This document shows positions 18,053-26,622 of a stretch of DNA of 45,959 nucleotides, one piece after another. How positions within the stretch are numbered: the stretch's first letter is position 1; each line of letters starts with the position of its first letter. Source of the DNA: a virus; the IMG/VR virus record IMGVR_UViG_3300036893_000027. The stretch is one strand, 5' to 3'. The notes beneath the pieces were generated by a model. That model saw only the letters and a program-made list of their open reading frames with translations. It searched no databases and was not told the origin of the DNA. Both the position numbers and the translations under genes were made by a program.

Positions 18053-18417
18053 TAGATGAAGTGCTTCATCAGGAGGCACTTCAGCTGGCCAATTCAGAGG
18101 AGGGCATGAAGCAGTTAGTTCATGCCCTTCTTTTTAGCACATCTGGTTTGGAAGCTGATTTTATTAAGGCACTTAAAAAGTATGTCTACCTAAAACGTGT
18201 CTACCAAATTCAAAGGGCAAGGGAATCAGAAGGATACAACCCAAACAGGAAAAACCTGAACATAGACACAAGCAAGGAAGAAGTAGAAAATGCTCACGAG
18301 CGTATGCGGGAATACGAAATAGGACTGGGTTGTGAATATGGCTTTGACTATGTTGCTCACCTCAAGAAGAGTTGGGGAAAGATACTTTCATTACAAGCAG
18401 CAAAATTGGGACTGTAA
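18049..18417 (+). CDS. hypothetical protein
   Basis: ATGA coupling; its last 10 nt overlap the 5' end of tRNA-Lys. Confidence 0.55.
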   Translation: MIDEVLHQEALQLANSEEGMKQLVHALLFSTSGLEADFIKALKKYVYLKRVYQIQRARESEGYNPNRKNLNIDTSKEEVENAHERMREYEIGLGCEYGFDYVAHLKKSWGKILSLQAAKLGL

Positions 18418-18480
18418 CTCAGTTGGTAGAGTAGCTGACTCTTAATCAGCGAGTCGTGGGTTCGAATCCCACCAGTCCCA
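18408..18480 (+). tRNA. tRNA-Lys (anticodon CUU), CCA encoded
   Basis: Acceptor GGGACTG/CAGTCCC, anticodon arm GCTGA-CTCTTAA-TCAGC (CTT at 18441-18443), T-loop GGGTTCGAATCCCAC. Confidence 0.85.
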
Positions 18481-18538
18481 CCACTTTCTTGAGGCTGTAG
18501 CTCAGCAGTTTCTATGTTACAATGTCCACATTTCATAT

Positions 18539-18614
18539 GTCCTCGTATCGGAACGGACTTCTAATCCGTAGCCCCGTAAATGGATCAATGTGAGTTCGAG
18601 TCTCACCGAGGACA
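18539..18614 (+). ncRNA. atypical tRNA-Arg(UCU)-like element without a canonical D-arm
   Basis: Perfect 7-bp acceptor GTCCTCG/CGAGGAC plus ACCA, anticodon arm ACGGA-CTTCTAA-TCCGT (TCT), T-arm GTGAG-TTCGAGT-CTCAC; only 7 nt lie between acceptor and anticodon stem, with a 20-nt region where the variable loop should be; a 5' Ala-tRNA-like fragment (GAGGCTGTAGCTCAGC) sits immediately upstream. Confidence 0.4.
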
Positions 18615-18703
18615 CCATTTCCTAGGAAGAGAGGTATTTGAACCCAAAGTATATGTCTCGGCAAAAGAAGCAATCGAAAGGATTGATAAACTACTGAAAT
18701 AAA

Positions 18704-19063
18704 ATGTGGAATAAATTCCGTAAGCCAGAGAATATTCAAAACCTTCACGTTGCTTTATGGTTGCTGAAAGATTCTTCTTGGTGTCAATCCTGGCACATAA
18801 TGGGAGTATGTATGATAGCTCCCACTCTTTTAGTAACCATATATATGACTTGGCAGCAAAGGAAATACTGGCCTGACCTTATCCATAACATTGCCGTATG
18901 TTTATGGATATGTGCTAATATTGTTTGGATGTGTGGGGAATTCTTCCTACAAGACTCAACAAGACCATATGCCAGGATATTCTTTATTATGGGCCTGGCA
19001 ACTTTGGCAGGCTATTACTCTTATGCTTTTATCCAGCATCTAAGAGGAAAGGAGGTTCAGTGA
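18704..19063 (+). CDS. integral membrane protein
   Basis: Four hydrophobic helices; Trp/Cys-rich. Confidence 0.5.
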   Translation: MWNKFRKPENIQNLHVALWLLKDSSWCQSWHIMGVCMIAPTLLVTIYMTWQQRKYWPDLIHNIAVCLWICANIVWMCGEFFLQDSTRPYARIFFIMGLATLAGYYSYAFIQHLRGKEVQ

Positions 19064-19332
19064 AGATATTATACGCAGCAATGAAATGCTCTGACCTAAC
19101 CGAAGGTAGAGGGCCTATGATAACCATAGGTACATTCTGGAATAAGTATGACGCAGCTGAAGCCGCCAGAGGTTGGGGAGTGATGGGAGTAGGAGATGGA
19201 GAAGTAAGAGAAATAAAAGTTTATGATAGTTGGACAGAGTTTAAGAAACTCGAGCTGGAGGATGTTAGGCAGAAAGCTCTGTCCAAACTAACCGACGAAG
19301 AAAGGATGGTCTTAGGAATTAAAAATGTCTAA
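19060..19332 (+). CDS. hypothetical protein (GTG start)
   Basis: RBS GAAAGGAGG 5 nt upstream of GTG 19060; the track ORF 18925 otherwise overlaps the upstream gene. Confidence 0.5.
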   Translation: MKILYAAMKCSDLTEGRGPMITIGTFWNKYDAAEAARGWGVMGVGDGEVREIKVYDSWTEFKKLELEDVRQKALSKLTDEERMVLGIKNV

Positions 19333-19567
19333 ACTATCAGAAAAGAATCTGGACAGGCTATCCAAAGCAGTTGCAGTAGTAGTTTTAACTATATTCACTT
19401 CTATAATGGCCTATATAATTAGCGCCATTACATTGATGTTCTTGAATATCATAAAGGCTCCAATAGCACATATTGTAGCCACAGCAACTGGAGTAGTTTT
19501 CTTTCTTTATGAGTTTTTATTTGTAGTAATCAATCCAGAGGCAAGAAGTAGAAAGAAAGGAGAATAA
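19325..19567 (+). CDS. two-helix membrane protein
   Basis: Hydrophobic helices; weak RBS. Confidence 0.45.
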   Translation: MSKLSEKNLDRLSKAVAVVVLTIFTSIMAYIISAITLMFLNIIKAPIAHIVATATGVVFFLYEFLFVVINPEARSRKKGE

Positions 19568-20100
19568 TGCCTAAAGAAGGTTTTAGTTTTGGTCAAATGT
19601 TTAGCATATTTATGCTAGGGACTATCGCAATCACATTTGGGCCCACCCTATTCCCAGCATTTGTTCAAGCCCAGGATATTGACCAGTGGGTTTTAATAAC
19701 CCAGGGTGATAATCATTGGATTGTATGTAAAGAGAAAGATGAAGTTAATAGCTGGACTGGGGGGCTAAACTTTCATACAGAAGACGATAGGCACGTGAAT
19801 ATTGGAGGAAATTACATAACCGAGGAATTGGGAATACCTTGTGATGGAAAACATTTCCCAGGAACTGCGGAACCAGACCCTGACCCAATTCCTGGCCCTA
19901 TTACTCCAACTCCAAATCCACAGCCTGAAGCAAAACCAGCTCCTAATGCTGGTTCCTTTCATCCTTCTAAACCTAAAGGAAAGAACCTAACTAAACCTAA
20001 AGGAAAGAACCTAATTATTGCTGGGGTTGAAAGAGATGCTGATTATTGGTCAGCCTTAAGAATAGCAGAAGCTAATGGAGTAAAAATCGATGGCAATTAG
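19567..20100 (+). CDS. membrane-anchored Pro-rich protein with KPKGKNL tandem repeat
   Basis: RBS AAAGGAGAATA-ATG; N-terminal TM segment, PDPDPIPGPITPTPNPQPEAKPAP linker. Confidence 0.6.
   Translation: MPKEGFSFGQMFSIFMLGTIAITFGPTLFPAFVQAQDIDQWVLITQGDNHWIVCKEKDEVNSWTGGLNFHTEDDRHVNIGGNYITEELGIPCDGKHFPGTAEPDPDPIPGPITPTPNPQPEAKPAPNAGSFHPSKPKGKNLTKPKGKNLIIAGVERDADYWSALRIAEANGVKIDGN
19967..20014 (+). repeat. perfect 24-bp tandem duplication (x2) inside the CDS
   Basis: CTAAACCTAAAGGAAAGAACCTAA repeated back to back, encoding KPKGKNLT/KPKGKNLI. Confidence 0.85.
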
Positions 20101-20368
20101 ATGGGAAGATCTTTTGCTTGAGGCAAAAATTCGAGCTCGTAGAGACACTGGGTTTTCCACAACTGAAAACGCAAGGCATACCACTCATATGGAAATGCCA
20201 AGTGGTGCTACATCCAAGAGAAAAAACCACTTAAAATATGAGTCAGCTGCATCTTATGCTAACAAGATTGCAGGTCAACTAATGCTAATAGGATTAGTTG
20301 ATTGTAATGTTATAATAACTCATGCAGATGGTTGGGCTTCTAAATACACGGTTAGCACGATAGTATGA
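20090..20368 (+). CDS. hypothetical protein
   Basis: ORF overlapping previous stop. Confidence 0.45.
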   Translation: MAIRWEDLLLEAKIRARRDTGFSTTENARHTTHMEMPSGATSKRKNHLKYESAASYANKIAGQLMLIGLVDCNVIITHADGWASKYTVSTIV

Positions 20369-20378
20369 ACTCCATTAT

Positions 20379-20627
20379 GTGGTAGGAGAGCCCTTGGACA
20401 CTCGGGAAATAAAGAAAGGGTGTTATGTAACATCAGTAAAAGGAACAATGAGAGCTGGCATTGTTAGCAAAGAATCCAGCAACGGACACGTCTATGTAGC
20501 CTGGTTAATTGGATCTTCTCCCGAAGGAGAAGTCTCTTATTATCTTGAACATATAGCCAGAAAAGAACTTGTTATATTAAGTTCTCCAGGCCCAGAGCTA
20601 CAAAAGTTGAGAGGCAAAGTATTATGA
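20379..20627 (+). CDS. hypothetical protein (start uncertain)
   Basis: ORF fills the gap between neighbours; alternative TTG start after GGAGAG. Confidence 0.4.
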   Translation: MVGEPLDTREIKKGCYVTSVKGTMRAGIVSKESSNGHVYVAWLIGSSPEGEVSYYLEHIARKELVILSSPGPELQKLRGKVL

Positions 20628-21001
20628 TGACCAACAGAAAGCTCCAAAAGTATTTCAAAGAGTTCAACAAAGAATTCTTTGATGGACTTCTCCCCGATAT
20701 AAAAGTTATTTTCTCAGACCTATCGGAAGACGATTTAGCCGGAGCTTTCAACTTTAACTGGGATATAAACAAAAACCCCCTCTTAGAACAAATAACAGAA
20801 GTTAGTATTGAAATAGATAAAGGCTTGCGTGAATATGGAACATATGCTTTAATTACACTTCTACACGAAATGCTACACCTAAAGACTCTGCTACGCTGTA
20901 GCACAAGAGCTAATGTTAACAAAGAAGGAGAACACGGCCCTATATTCAACGAAGAGAAGAGGAAACTCATTCTAAAGGGTGCATTTAACCCTTACTTATA
21001 A
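20624..21001 (+). CDS. SprT-like zinc metalloprotease
   Basis: N-terminus KYFKEFNKEFFDGLLPDIKV plus LLHEMLHL HExxH motif, typical of the SprT family. Confidence 0.65.
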   Translation: MMTNRKLQKYFKEFNKEFFDGLLPDIKVIFSDLSEDDLAGAFNFNWDINKNPLLEQITEVSIEIDKGLREYGTYALITLLHEMLHLKTLLRCSTRANVNKEGEHGPIFNEEKRKLILKGAFNPYL

Positions 21002-21022
21002 AGGAGAATTGTAATTCGTTAA

Positions 21023-21487
21023 ATGCACGAATCAATCGTAGTTCCAAAGAATCCATCTGTAGCTTCTCTTAATCCAGGCGATTTGAATGACTATGTTAAA
21101 TATGTAATCCACGCCGACTGGGGGAACTTGGCTCTTCTTTATGAATTTCTAATTAATTACAAATTCAGAAGGAAGGTGCTGCTCGAAAGAATAAATTGTA
21201 CTTATATGGTACAGCATAAAGAATTAACCATATATGGCACAACTAACAGAATGAATTATGGGGAGTATTATGGACTTGAACTCTGCAGAACGATATTAGA
21301 TACAGACAGACTAGTATCACATCCTTTAGAAATTTTATTAGATAGACTTAGAAGAGTTTATCTAAGAGTTCGTGATGATGCCCAAGTTAGCTCAACGACG
21401 ATCTTTGAGCCTACTGGTCACGAAGTAGCTCAAGGTTGTAGCAATACCATCGTGATACAAGGATGGTCTTCAGTTAGACTTAGGTAG
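21023..21487 (+). CDS. hypothetical protein
   Basis: RBS AAGGAGAATTG. Confidence 0.6.
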   Translation: MHESIVVPKNPSVASLNPGDLNDYVKYVIHADWGNLALLYEFLINYKFRRKVLLERINCTYMVQHKELTIYGTTNRMNYGEYYGLELCRTILDTDRLVSHPLEILLDRLRRVYLRVRDDAQVSSTTIFEPTGHEVAQGCSNTIVIQGWSSVRLR

Positions 21488-21532
21488 CTATCCTTGGAAT
21501 AAATGATACCTAAGAACCTTAAGGAGAAATGA

Positions 21533-21841
21533 ATGGCAGACAAGAAAGAAAACTCAATCAGTGAAATGGATGTGGTCTCAAGGGATCACTTCTTTGACCT
21601 ACTTGAAAGCGGTCAGGAAGAGTTCCGTATTGAGACTACTGTTCCCCCTGGCCGGACGAATGGCAGGGTCATTTCAGAAGACGCCCCGTTTGATAGGGAC
21701 GATCCTATGAGTTATGTGCTTATTGACCTCATCTTTGACAAGATCCGAATGTTTGCCAAAGGTGAATTCACGGCACACGACAAAGCAGAAGCAATGAGCA
21801 AGTATGGAGCCAAGACAACTCCTGTTCTGGCTTCAAAGTAG
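21533..21841 (+). CDS. hypothetical acidic protein
   Basis: RBS TTAAGGAGAAATGA-ATG. Confidence 0.6.
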   Translation: MADKKENSISEMDVVSRDHFFDLLESGQEEFRIETTVPPGRTNGRVISEDAPFDRDDPMSYVLIDLIFDKIRMFAKGEFTAHDKAEAMSKYGAKTTPVLASK

Positions 21842-21854
21842 TCAACCACTCTAC

Positions 21855-21897
21855 ACAAGGCGGGGTATTCTAGAGTATCTCGCCTTGTGTTTTTTCT
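21855..21897 (+). terminator. rho-independent terminator
   Basis: Stem ACAAGGCG..CGCCTTGT followed by TTTTTTCTT. Confidence 0.6.
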
Positions 21898-21901
21898 TAA
21901 G

Positions 21902-21910
21902 TGTGATAAT
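21902..21910 (+). promoter_or_regulatory. extended -10 element TGTGATAAT
   Basis: TGnGATAAT immediately after the terminator, 48 nt upstream of the next start. Confidence 0.35.
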
Positions 21911-21957
21911 ATATCCGTGTATCGTATGGATCATATTTAAAATAATTAGGAGAAATA

Positions 21958-22245
21958 ATGGAGAAGATTCAAGCAGAAGTGCGTTTATATTATACAGGAA
22001 GAACAAGCTGGGAAACTGAGTATTTCACAGCTTCGTCTCTTATGGATGTTCAGATTCAAGCCACAAAAATTGCCAAGGAAAGACAAGCCAGTCATTTCAA
22101 CTTTGGGTTGGCAACACCTGAGGAAAATATCCAAGAAAATCGCAGACTAACTTCCAAAGTCTTTGGGGCAAATATCCCGGTGAAAGATCAAGTAAAAGCC
22201 ATAGAAGGAGCTCTAGGTCTAAGGACTGAAGATGACTCAGACTAA
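21958..22245 (+). CDS. hypothetical protein
   Basis: RBS TTAGGAGAAATA-ATG. Confidence 0.6.
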   Translation: MEKIQAEVRLYYTGRTSWETEYFTASSLMDVQIQATKIAKERQASHFNFGLATPEENIQENRRLTSKVFGANIPVKDQVKAIEGALGLRTEDDSD

Positions 22246-23212
22246 CCCAGAAAAGAAAGAAAGAGAAAGACACAAACCCAAGATTTATATGAACATAGGT
22301 CTTCCTGGTTCCGGTAAAACAACGGAATCCAGGAAGATGATGAATCACGACTCGAATATTATGAGAATTAACAGAGATGATATTCGTGCTATGTGTATGA
22401 ATCATTGGAAGGGAAAGAAGGAAGAATATGTCACTTTATTGGAACAGGAAGCTATTAAGCTTGCCGTTAAAGAACGATACAGTGTTATTATTGATGACAC
22501 CAACCTCAATCCTAACACGAGGAAAAAGTGGGAAAATCTGGCTCTGGAGCTAAAGGTACCTTTCGTTGAGAAAAGCTATCTGGAAGTATCCCTACAAGAT
22601 TGTATTGAAAGGGATGATAACAGAGATAAGAAAGTCGGCAGAGTTGTAATTGAAAATATGGCTCTGAGATACAATCTTATCCCTAAACCAGATAAGCCAA
22701 TTGTTATCTTTGACATCGACGGAACTTTGGCTGACCTTAGTCATAGACAGGGCTACCTAAAAGTATGCAAGGTATGTAAGAAGCTTGAAAAATACCATAT
22801 CGAGAAGATAGAAGGAGCTTGTGGAACTTACACACCGAGCAGGAAAGATCATATATCCTTCTATAATCTTGTCCACGAAGACAAGCCTATTTGGACTGTT
22901 ATAGATTGGATTAACGCTTGCTCGGAGGATTATTATCCAATCTGTGTCTCTGGTCGACCTATGAATCTAACAGGTGAGTCTACCCACTGGTGGCTTAGTA
23001 TGTATCACGTCAATTATCATCATCTTTTTATGCGGGAAAGTGGTGATTTTAGACAAGATACGATTGTTAAACAGGAGATTCTTGACAAGATTCTGAAGTG
23101 GGTACCCAAAGATCAAATTCTATTCACGGTTGATGATAGACCTTCTATCGTTGAAATGTGGAAGAAGAATGGAATCCGCTGCTATGATGTGGGAAAAGGA
23201 ATAGAATTCTAA
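22232..23212 (+). CDS. pnkp: polynucleotide 5'-kinase/3'-phosphatase (T4 Pnkp-like)
   Basis: N-terminal P-loop GLPGSGKTT kinase; C-terminal HAD phosphatase motif VIFDIDGTLAD (DxDGT) with downstream VDDRP. Confidence 0.85.
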   Translation: MTQTNPEKKERERHKPKIYMNIGLPGSGKTTESRKMMNHDSNIMRINRDDIRAMCMNHWKGKKEEYVTLLEQEAIKLAVKERYSVIIDDTNLNPNTRKKWENLALELKVPFVEKSYLEVSLQDCIERDDNRDKKVGRVVIENMALRYNLIPKPDKPIVIFDIDGTLADLSHRQGYLKVCKVCKKLEKYHIEKIEGACGTYTPSRKDHISFYNLVHEDKPIWTVIDWINACSEDYYPICVSGRPMNLTGESTHWWLSMYHVNYHHLFMRESGDFRQDTIVKQEILDKILKWVPKDQILFTVDDRPSIVEMWKKNGIRCYDVGKGIEF

Positions 23213-23291
23213 TGAATAACTATGAAAAAATCCTCATTGTATTAAGAGTAATAATGACCTTCATTGAGGTTGGGTTTTTGTGTAGTATTAG

Positions 23292-23543
23292 TTGGATCGT
23301 CTTCCACATTTTAGGGTGCTTCTAATGTTTATAATACAAGTCATATCCAGCAAAAAGATCAAGCACTACTTTTGTCCTGAGACTCAGTTAGTGCAGATAA
23401 TAGAGAATTCTACAGCTGTAGAATTAGGGCTTACTATTATCAGGCTAACCAACCAAGACGAAATCATTACCACTGAAAGTGCTTCCGTTCTTATGAAGCG
23501 TATTGAAAATGAGGTACCAACACCAAGCCAAGGTATGGTATAA
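23292..23543 (+). CDS. hypothetical protein (TTG start, weak)
   Basis: ORF without a clear RBS. Confidence 0.3.
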   Translation: MDRLPHFRVLLMFIIQVISSKKIKHYFCPETQLVQIIENSTAVELGLTIIRLTNQDEIITTESASVLMKRIENEVPTPSQGMV

Positions 23544-23569
23544 TAGTTATATAAGTTCCCATATGGGAA
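23536..23569 (+). promoter_or_regulatory. extended -10 promoter TGGTATAAT followed by 14-bp perfect palindrome TTCCCATATGGGAA
   Basis: Same TGGTATAAT as at 5891; palindrome 23556-23569 sits between the promoter and the RBS of the next gene. Confidence 0.4.
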
Positions 23570-23598
23570 GTAGTCAAATCTAAAAACAAGGAGAAGAA

Positions 23599-24213
23599 AT
23601 GAAGATCATCTCTTCTATCTTCGTAGTATTAGTACTACTCTTTACAGCTATGACAACACACGCACAGACTGGAGTCTTTGCTCCTTTTGCTGATGTTGCC
23701 GTTGGCTATCAGTCAAACCAGTCAAACCTCAACAAGTTCAATGTGGGAGATGTCTCCTACAACTTTGGGGCTGGCATTGAATCAAGCTCTAAGCATCTTC
23801 TTTTGGATGCGGACGGCCAGTTCAATGGAAACAACCTTAATGGCAATGGATACGAAGGGACAATTAATGCCCTTGGTTATCTAAAGCTCAACGGTTTCTT
23901 GCTTGGCGGTGGCGCTAACTGGAACCAGGTTGAACTTTCAAACCTTAAGGCTGGAATCACACTGACAGGTATTCATCCTTCTGTTGGGGGTGGCTATCAG
24001 TGCTCACGAGATCGTTTTCTAATCAATTACGATCTGCCTGTGGGAAAGAATGCTTATCCAAATGAGGTCATTATCAACTTCCATAATGAAATCTTTTTGG
24101 ATAAGAAGGCTCACATTCGATTTACTCAGAATGTGTTGATCAATAGCAATAAGATTGCAGGTGTCAGACAGAATACCGACACCTTCAAGGTTGGATTGAA
24201 GATAGTCCTGTAG
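23599..24213 (+). CDS. secreted outer-membrane beta-barrel-like protein
   Basis: Signal peptide MKIISSIFVVLVLLFTAMTTHAQT; Gly/Asn/Tyr-rich alternating pattern typical of small OM beta-barrels. Confidence 0.6.
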   Translation: MKIISSIFVVLVLLFTAMTTHAQTGVFAPFADVAVGYQSNQSNLNKFNVGDVSYNFGAGIESSSKHLLLDADGQFNGNNLNGNGYEGTINALGYLKLNGFLLGGGANWNQVELSNLKAGITLTGIHPSVGGGYQCSRDRFLINYDLPVGKNAYPNEVIINFHNEIFLDKKAHIRFTQNVLINSNKIAGVRQNTDTFKVGLKIVL

Positions 24214-24233
24214 TAAAATCGTTGGTTAGAAAT

Positions 24234-24271
24234 GGGGATCCAGGGTGTGGCCTGGATCCCTGTTTCTATTT
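24234..24271 (+). terminator. rho-independent terminator
   Basis: 10-bp perfect stem GGGATCCAGG/CCTGGATCCC, loop GTGTGG, then TGTTTCTATTT. Confidence 0.65.
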
Positions 24272-24278
24272 AGGACTT

Positions 24279-24494
24279 ATGTTTGAATTCTTCAAATTAT
24301 GTGTCGTATGCAAAACCGCAGACAAATGGTTGGGCTACTATGTCTGTGAAGATTGTTTCTACAACATAACAGGAAGAGAAAAAACAAACCAAGGAGAAGA
24401 CAATGGGACGCAGTGTAGGAGCAAAAGCAGCACAGGCAGTAGCAGCGAGCAACAAAACCAAGGCAGTAGTAAGGACTTGGGAACAGATTCTTAA
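24279..24494 (+). CDS. Cys-rich small protein (uncertain)
   Basis: CVVCKTADKW..CEDC; the track ORF 24222 would run through the terminator, so I use the internal ATG. Confidence 0.3.
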   Translation: MFEFFKLCVVCKTADKWLGYYVCEDCFYNITGREKTNQGEDNGTQCRSKSSTGSSSEQQNQGSSKDLGTDS

Positions 24495-24684
24495 GGACAT
24501 CCGCAACTCTTTGACATCTGGATTGTCAATTACTCATAGTGATGTCAAAGACCTACTCGCAAAACACGACGAACTCTTGGCTAAGTCCAAGTTTCTTGGC
24601 TGTCCCAACTGCAACCCTGAACTGGGGCCACAAACATTCTCCTTCACTTCAGAAGAAGGTTCCCCCACAGCACAAAAAGTCTGA
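24403..24684 (+). CDS. hypothetical protein
   Basis: RBS AACCAAGGAGAAGACA-ATG. Confidence 0.6.
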   Translation: MGRSVGAKAAQAVAASNKTKAVVRTWEQILKDIRNSLTSGLSITHSDVKDLLAKHDELLAKSKFLGCPNCNPELGPQTFSFTSEEGSPTAQKV

Positions 24685-24766
24685 CCTAATCTTTTATGAC
24701 AAGGTGATAGAAGCCTCAGAGTCGTGGTGGGACACTATTCTGAGGCTTCAACCTCAGGAGGCTACA

Positions 24767-25009
24767 ATGAAAGAAAAATATTGGTATATGATTAGGTTCA
24801 TAAACGCAGATGGAAAAGTGGAGACTATAAACCGTGAGGTCGAAGTCTTCAACAAGGAACAAGCCAAAACCCACTTTGAAGACCTTAAAGAAACATACAA
24901 GATCAATCAAGAAACTGAACACTTGTGTCTCTGGGGCCGCTGTGCTATAATGACAGCAGATGAACACGAAAGAATCAGAATTCAGGAATTAGCTCGAACT
25001 GATAAATAA
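24767..25009 (+). CDS. hypothetical protein
   Basis: Internal ATG 24767 with RBS TCAGGAGGCTACA. Confidence 0.55.
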   Translation: MKEKYWYMIRFINADGKVETINREVEVFNKEQAKTHFEDLKETYKINQETEHLCLWGRCAIMTADEHERIRIQELARTDK

Positions 25010-25020
25010 GGAGAATTTAG

Positions 25021-26229
25021 ATGTCAGATACGCATAAATGTGAAGTAGTTAGGGTGTTCCCTAAACAACATCCTAATCCGAAGTGCACAAAACTCGACTT
25101 AGTTGAAGTCTATGGGTATACCTGCTGTGTCCAAAAAGGTCAATTCGAACAAGGGCAGTTGGCTATCTACATTCCTCCTGACTCGGTCGTTCCTCAGAAA
25201 AAGCAATTTGAATGGCTCTGGGAAGATATTGAACTTCTCGAAGGCCAAGAAGTCCCCATCCGTCGCCGTAGGATCAAAGCGAAGAAACTCCAAGGTGTAG
25301 CCTCTGAAGGATTACTGATACCTATCAGTGATTTTGGCTATCACGAATATATAACTGATAGTCAATCTATGCCTACAATGAAGGAAGGACAGGATGTTGC
25401 TTCCATCATTGGAGTAACACACTATGAACCTCCTTGTGATGAAACAAGTGGTGATTCCGAGAAAGCCCCTTGTAAGATCAGGAAGAAACGCTATCCCAAG
25501 ACATTTATGGGTTGGGTTTGGTTTATTCTTGATAAGCTGGGACTGCTAAAAAAAAAAGATCAAACAGAAACCACGGCAGAAACAGCAAGCTTTGAAGTCC
25601 CAATCTATGATTTAGAACCTTGGCAGAAACACAGGTCAAGAATAGAAGAAGGGGAAGAAGTTCTAATCACTGAGAAAATCCACGGAGAGAATAGTAGATT
25701 TACCTGGATGAACGATAGGCTTTATTGCGGCAGCCACTATCAATGGAAGAAGAACATAGCAGGTTCAAGATGGTGGGAATGTGTTAAACAGAATCCCTGG
25801 ATTGAATCTTTCTGTAAACAAAATCCAGGTTTAGTTATGTATGGCGAACTTGTTCCTACACAGAAGAGATACAACTATGGACAGAAAGAGGGCAAGTTCA
25901 GACTGTTTGGTTTTGACGTTTATAAACCAGCAGAAAGAAGGTATCTAAGTTATGAAGAGCTTCAAGCGCTCCCATTCGAGTACATATATGGAGAAGCTGA
26001 GGATTCAATTCACGCCAACATTTTGCACCCGTTTCATTGGGTGCCAACAATTAAGAAAGGCCCATACACTCAAGAAGATATTAGGCAGCTTTCGGTTGGC
26101 CAGTCGTTGGTACCGGGGGCAACCAATATCCGAGAAGGAATTGTTATCAGAACAATCAAAGAAAGGAAAGATTATAAAGGGAGGATATGCTTCAAGTTAG
26201 TATCAACTGATTATCTGGAAAAGGATTAA
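25021..26229 (+). CDS. ATP-dependent RNA ligase, Rnl5-like (NgrRnl/DraRnl family)
   Basis: N-terminal domain EVVRV..GYTCCVQKGQFEQGQLAIYIPPDS matches the NgrRnl N-terminal OB-like domain (GWTCVIKKGEFKQGD..VYFEIDS); nucleotidyltransferase motif I TEKIHGENSRF, plus FRLFGFDVY and EGIVIRT..K motifs; no C-terminal OB domain. Confidence 0.8.
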   Translation: MSDTHKCEVVRVFPKQHPNPKCTKLDLVEVYGYTCCVQKGQFEQGQLAIYIPPDSVVPQKKQFEWLWEDIELLEGQEVPIRRRRIKAKKLQGVASEGLLIPISDFGYHEYITDSQSMPTMKEGQDVASIIGVTHYEPPCDETSGDSEKAPCKIRKKRYPKTFMGWVWFILDKLGLLKKKDQTETTAETASFEVPIYDLEPWQKHRSRIEEGEEVLITEKIHGENSRFTWMNDRLYCGSHYQWKKNIAGSRWWECVKQNPWIESFCKQNPGLVMYGELVPTQKRYNYGQKEGKFRLFGFDVYKPAERRYLSYEELQALPFEYIYGEAEDSIHANILHPFHWVPTIKKGPYTQEDIRQLSVGQSLVPGATNIREGIVIRTIKERKDYKGRICFKLVSTDYLEKD

Positions 26230-26231
26230 AG

Positions 26232-26435
26232 TTGCCCATCAAAAGATTTAATGTTAATATGGATCTTGGGAACATATGGGGAAGGCTCTCCGAAACTTGG
26301 GGAGCCTTTTTCTTGTTGTGCTCTCCCAGATATAGAAAGATGGTAAAGAGAATCGACTTTGTAAGCAGCTGGACTAAAAGGAGAAGAGTCTGGATGAGGC
26401 TTAGGAGGGACAATGATAAAAATACCACGCCCTAA
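26232..26435 (+). CDS. small basic protein (TTG start, weak)
   Basis: ORF in the gap between genes. Confidence 0.3.
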   Translation: MPIKRFNVNMDLGNIWGRLSETWGAFFLLCSPRYRKMVKRIDFVSSWTKRRRVWMRLRRDNDKNTTP

Positions 26436-26622
26436 AGTGCCAATAGCACAAAGGTATTATTATAACTTCTGGGCCAGATTATTGTATACTTGGAACTTGA
26501 GGATATTTTACCATCCTAATTCAAGAAATCACGTAGGTTGTCTAAGAATGAGACAGAATGAAATATATGGGACACCTAGAATACAGGAGAGAAAATGGCA
26601 CTACCCGGACACACATCAGTAG
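26413..26622 (+). CDS. small basic protein
   Basis: Strong RBS TTAGGAGGGACA-ATG. Confidence 0.5.
   Translation: MIKIPRPKVPIAQRYYYNFWARLLYTWNLRIFYHPNSRNHVGCLRMRQNEIYGTPRIQERKWHYPDTHQ

Noticed and set aside
18539-18614. Standard cloverleaf for the Arg(UCU) element
   Set aside because: I tried several registers. None gives a 3-4 bp D-stem between the acceptor and anticodon stems without destroying the perfect acceptor, anticodon and T-arm pairings. I therefore report it as atypical rather than as a canonical tRNA.
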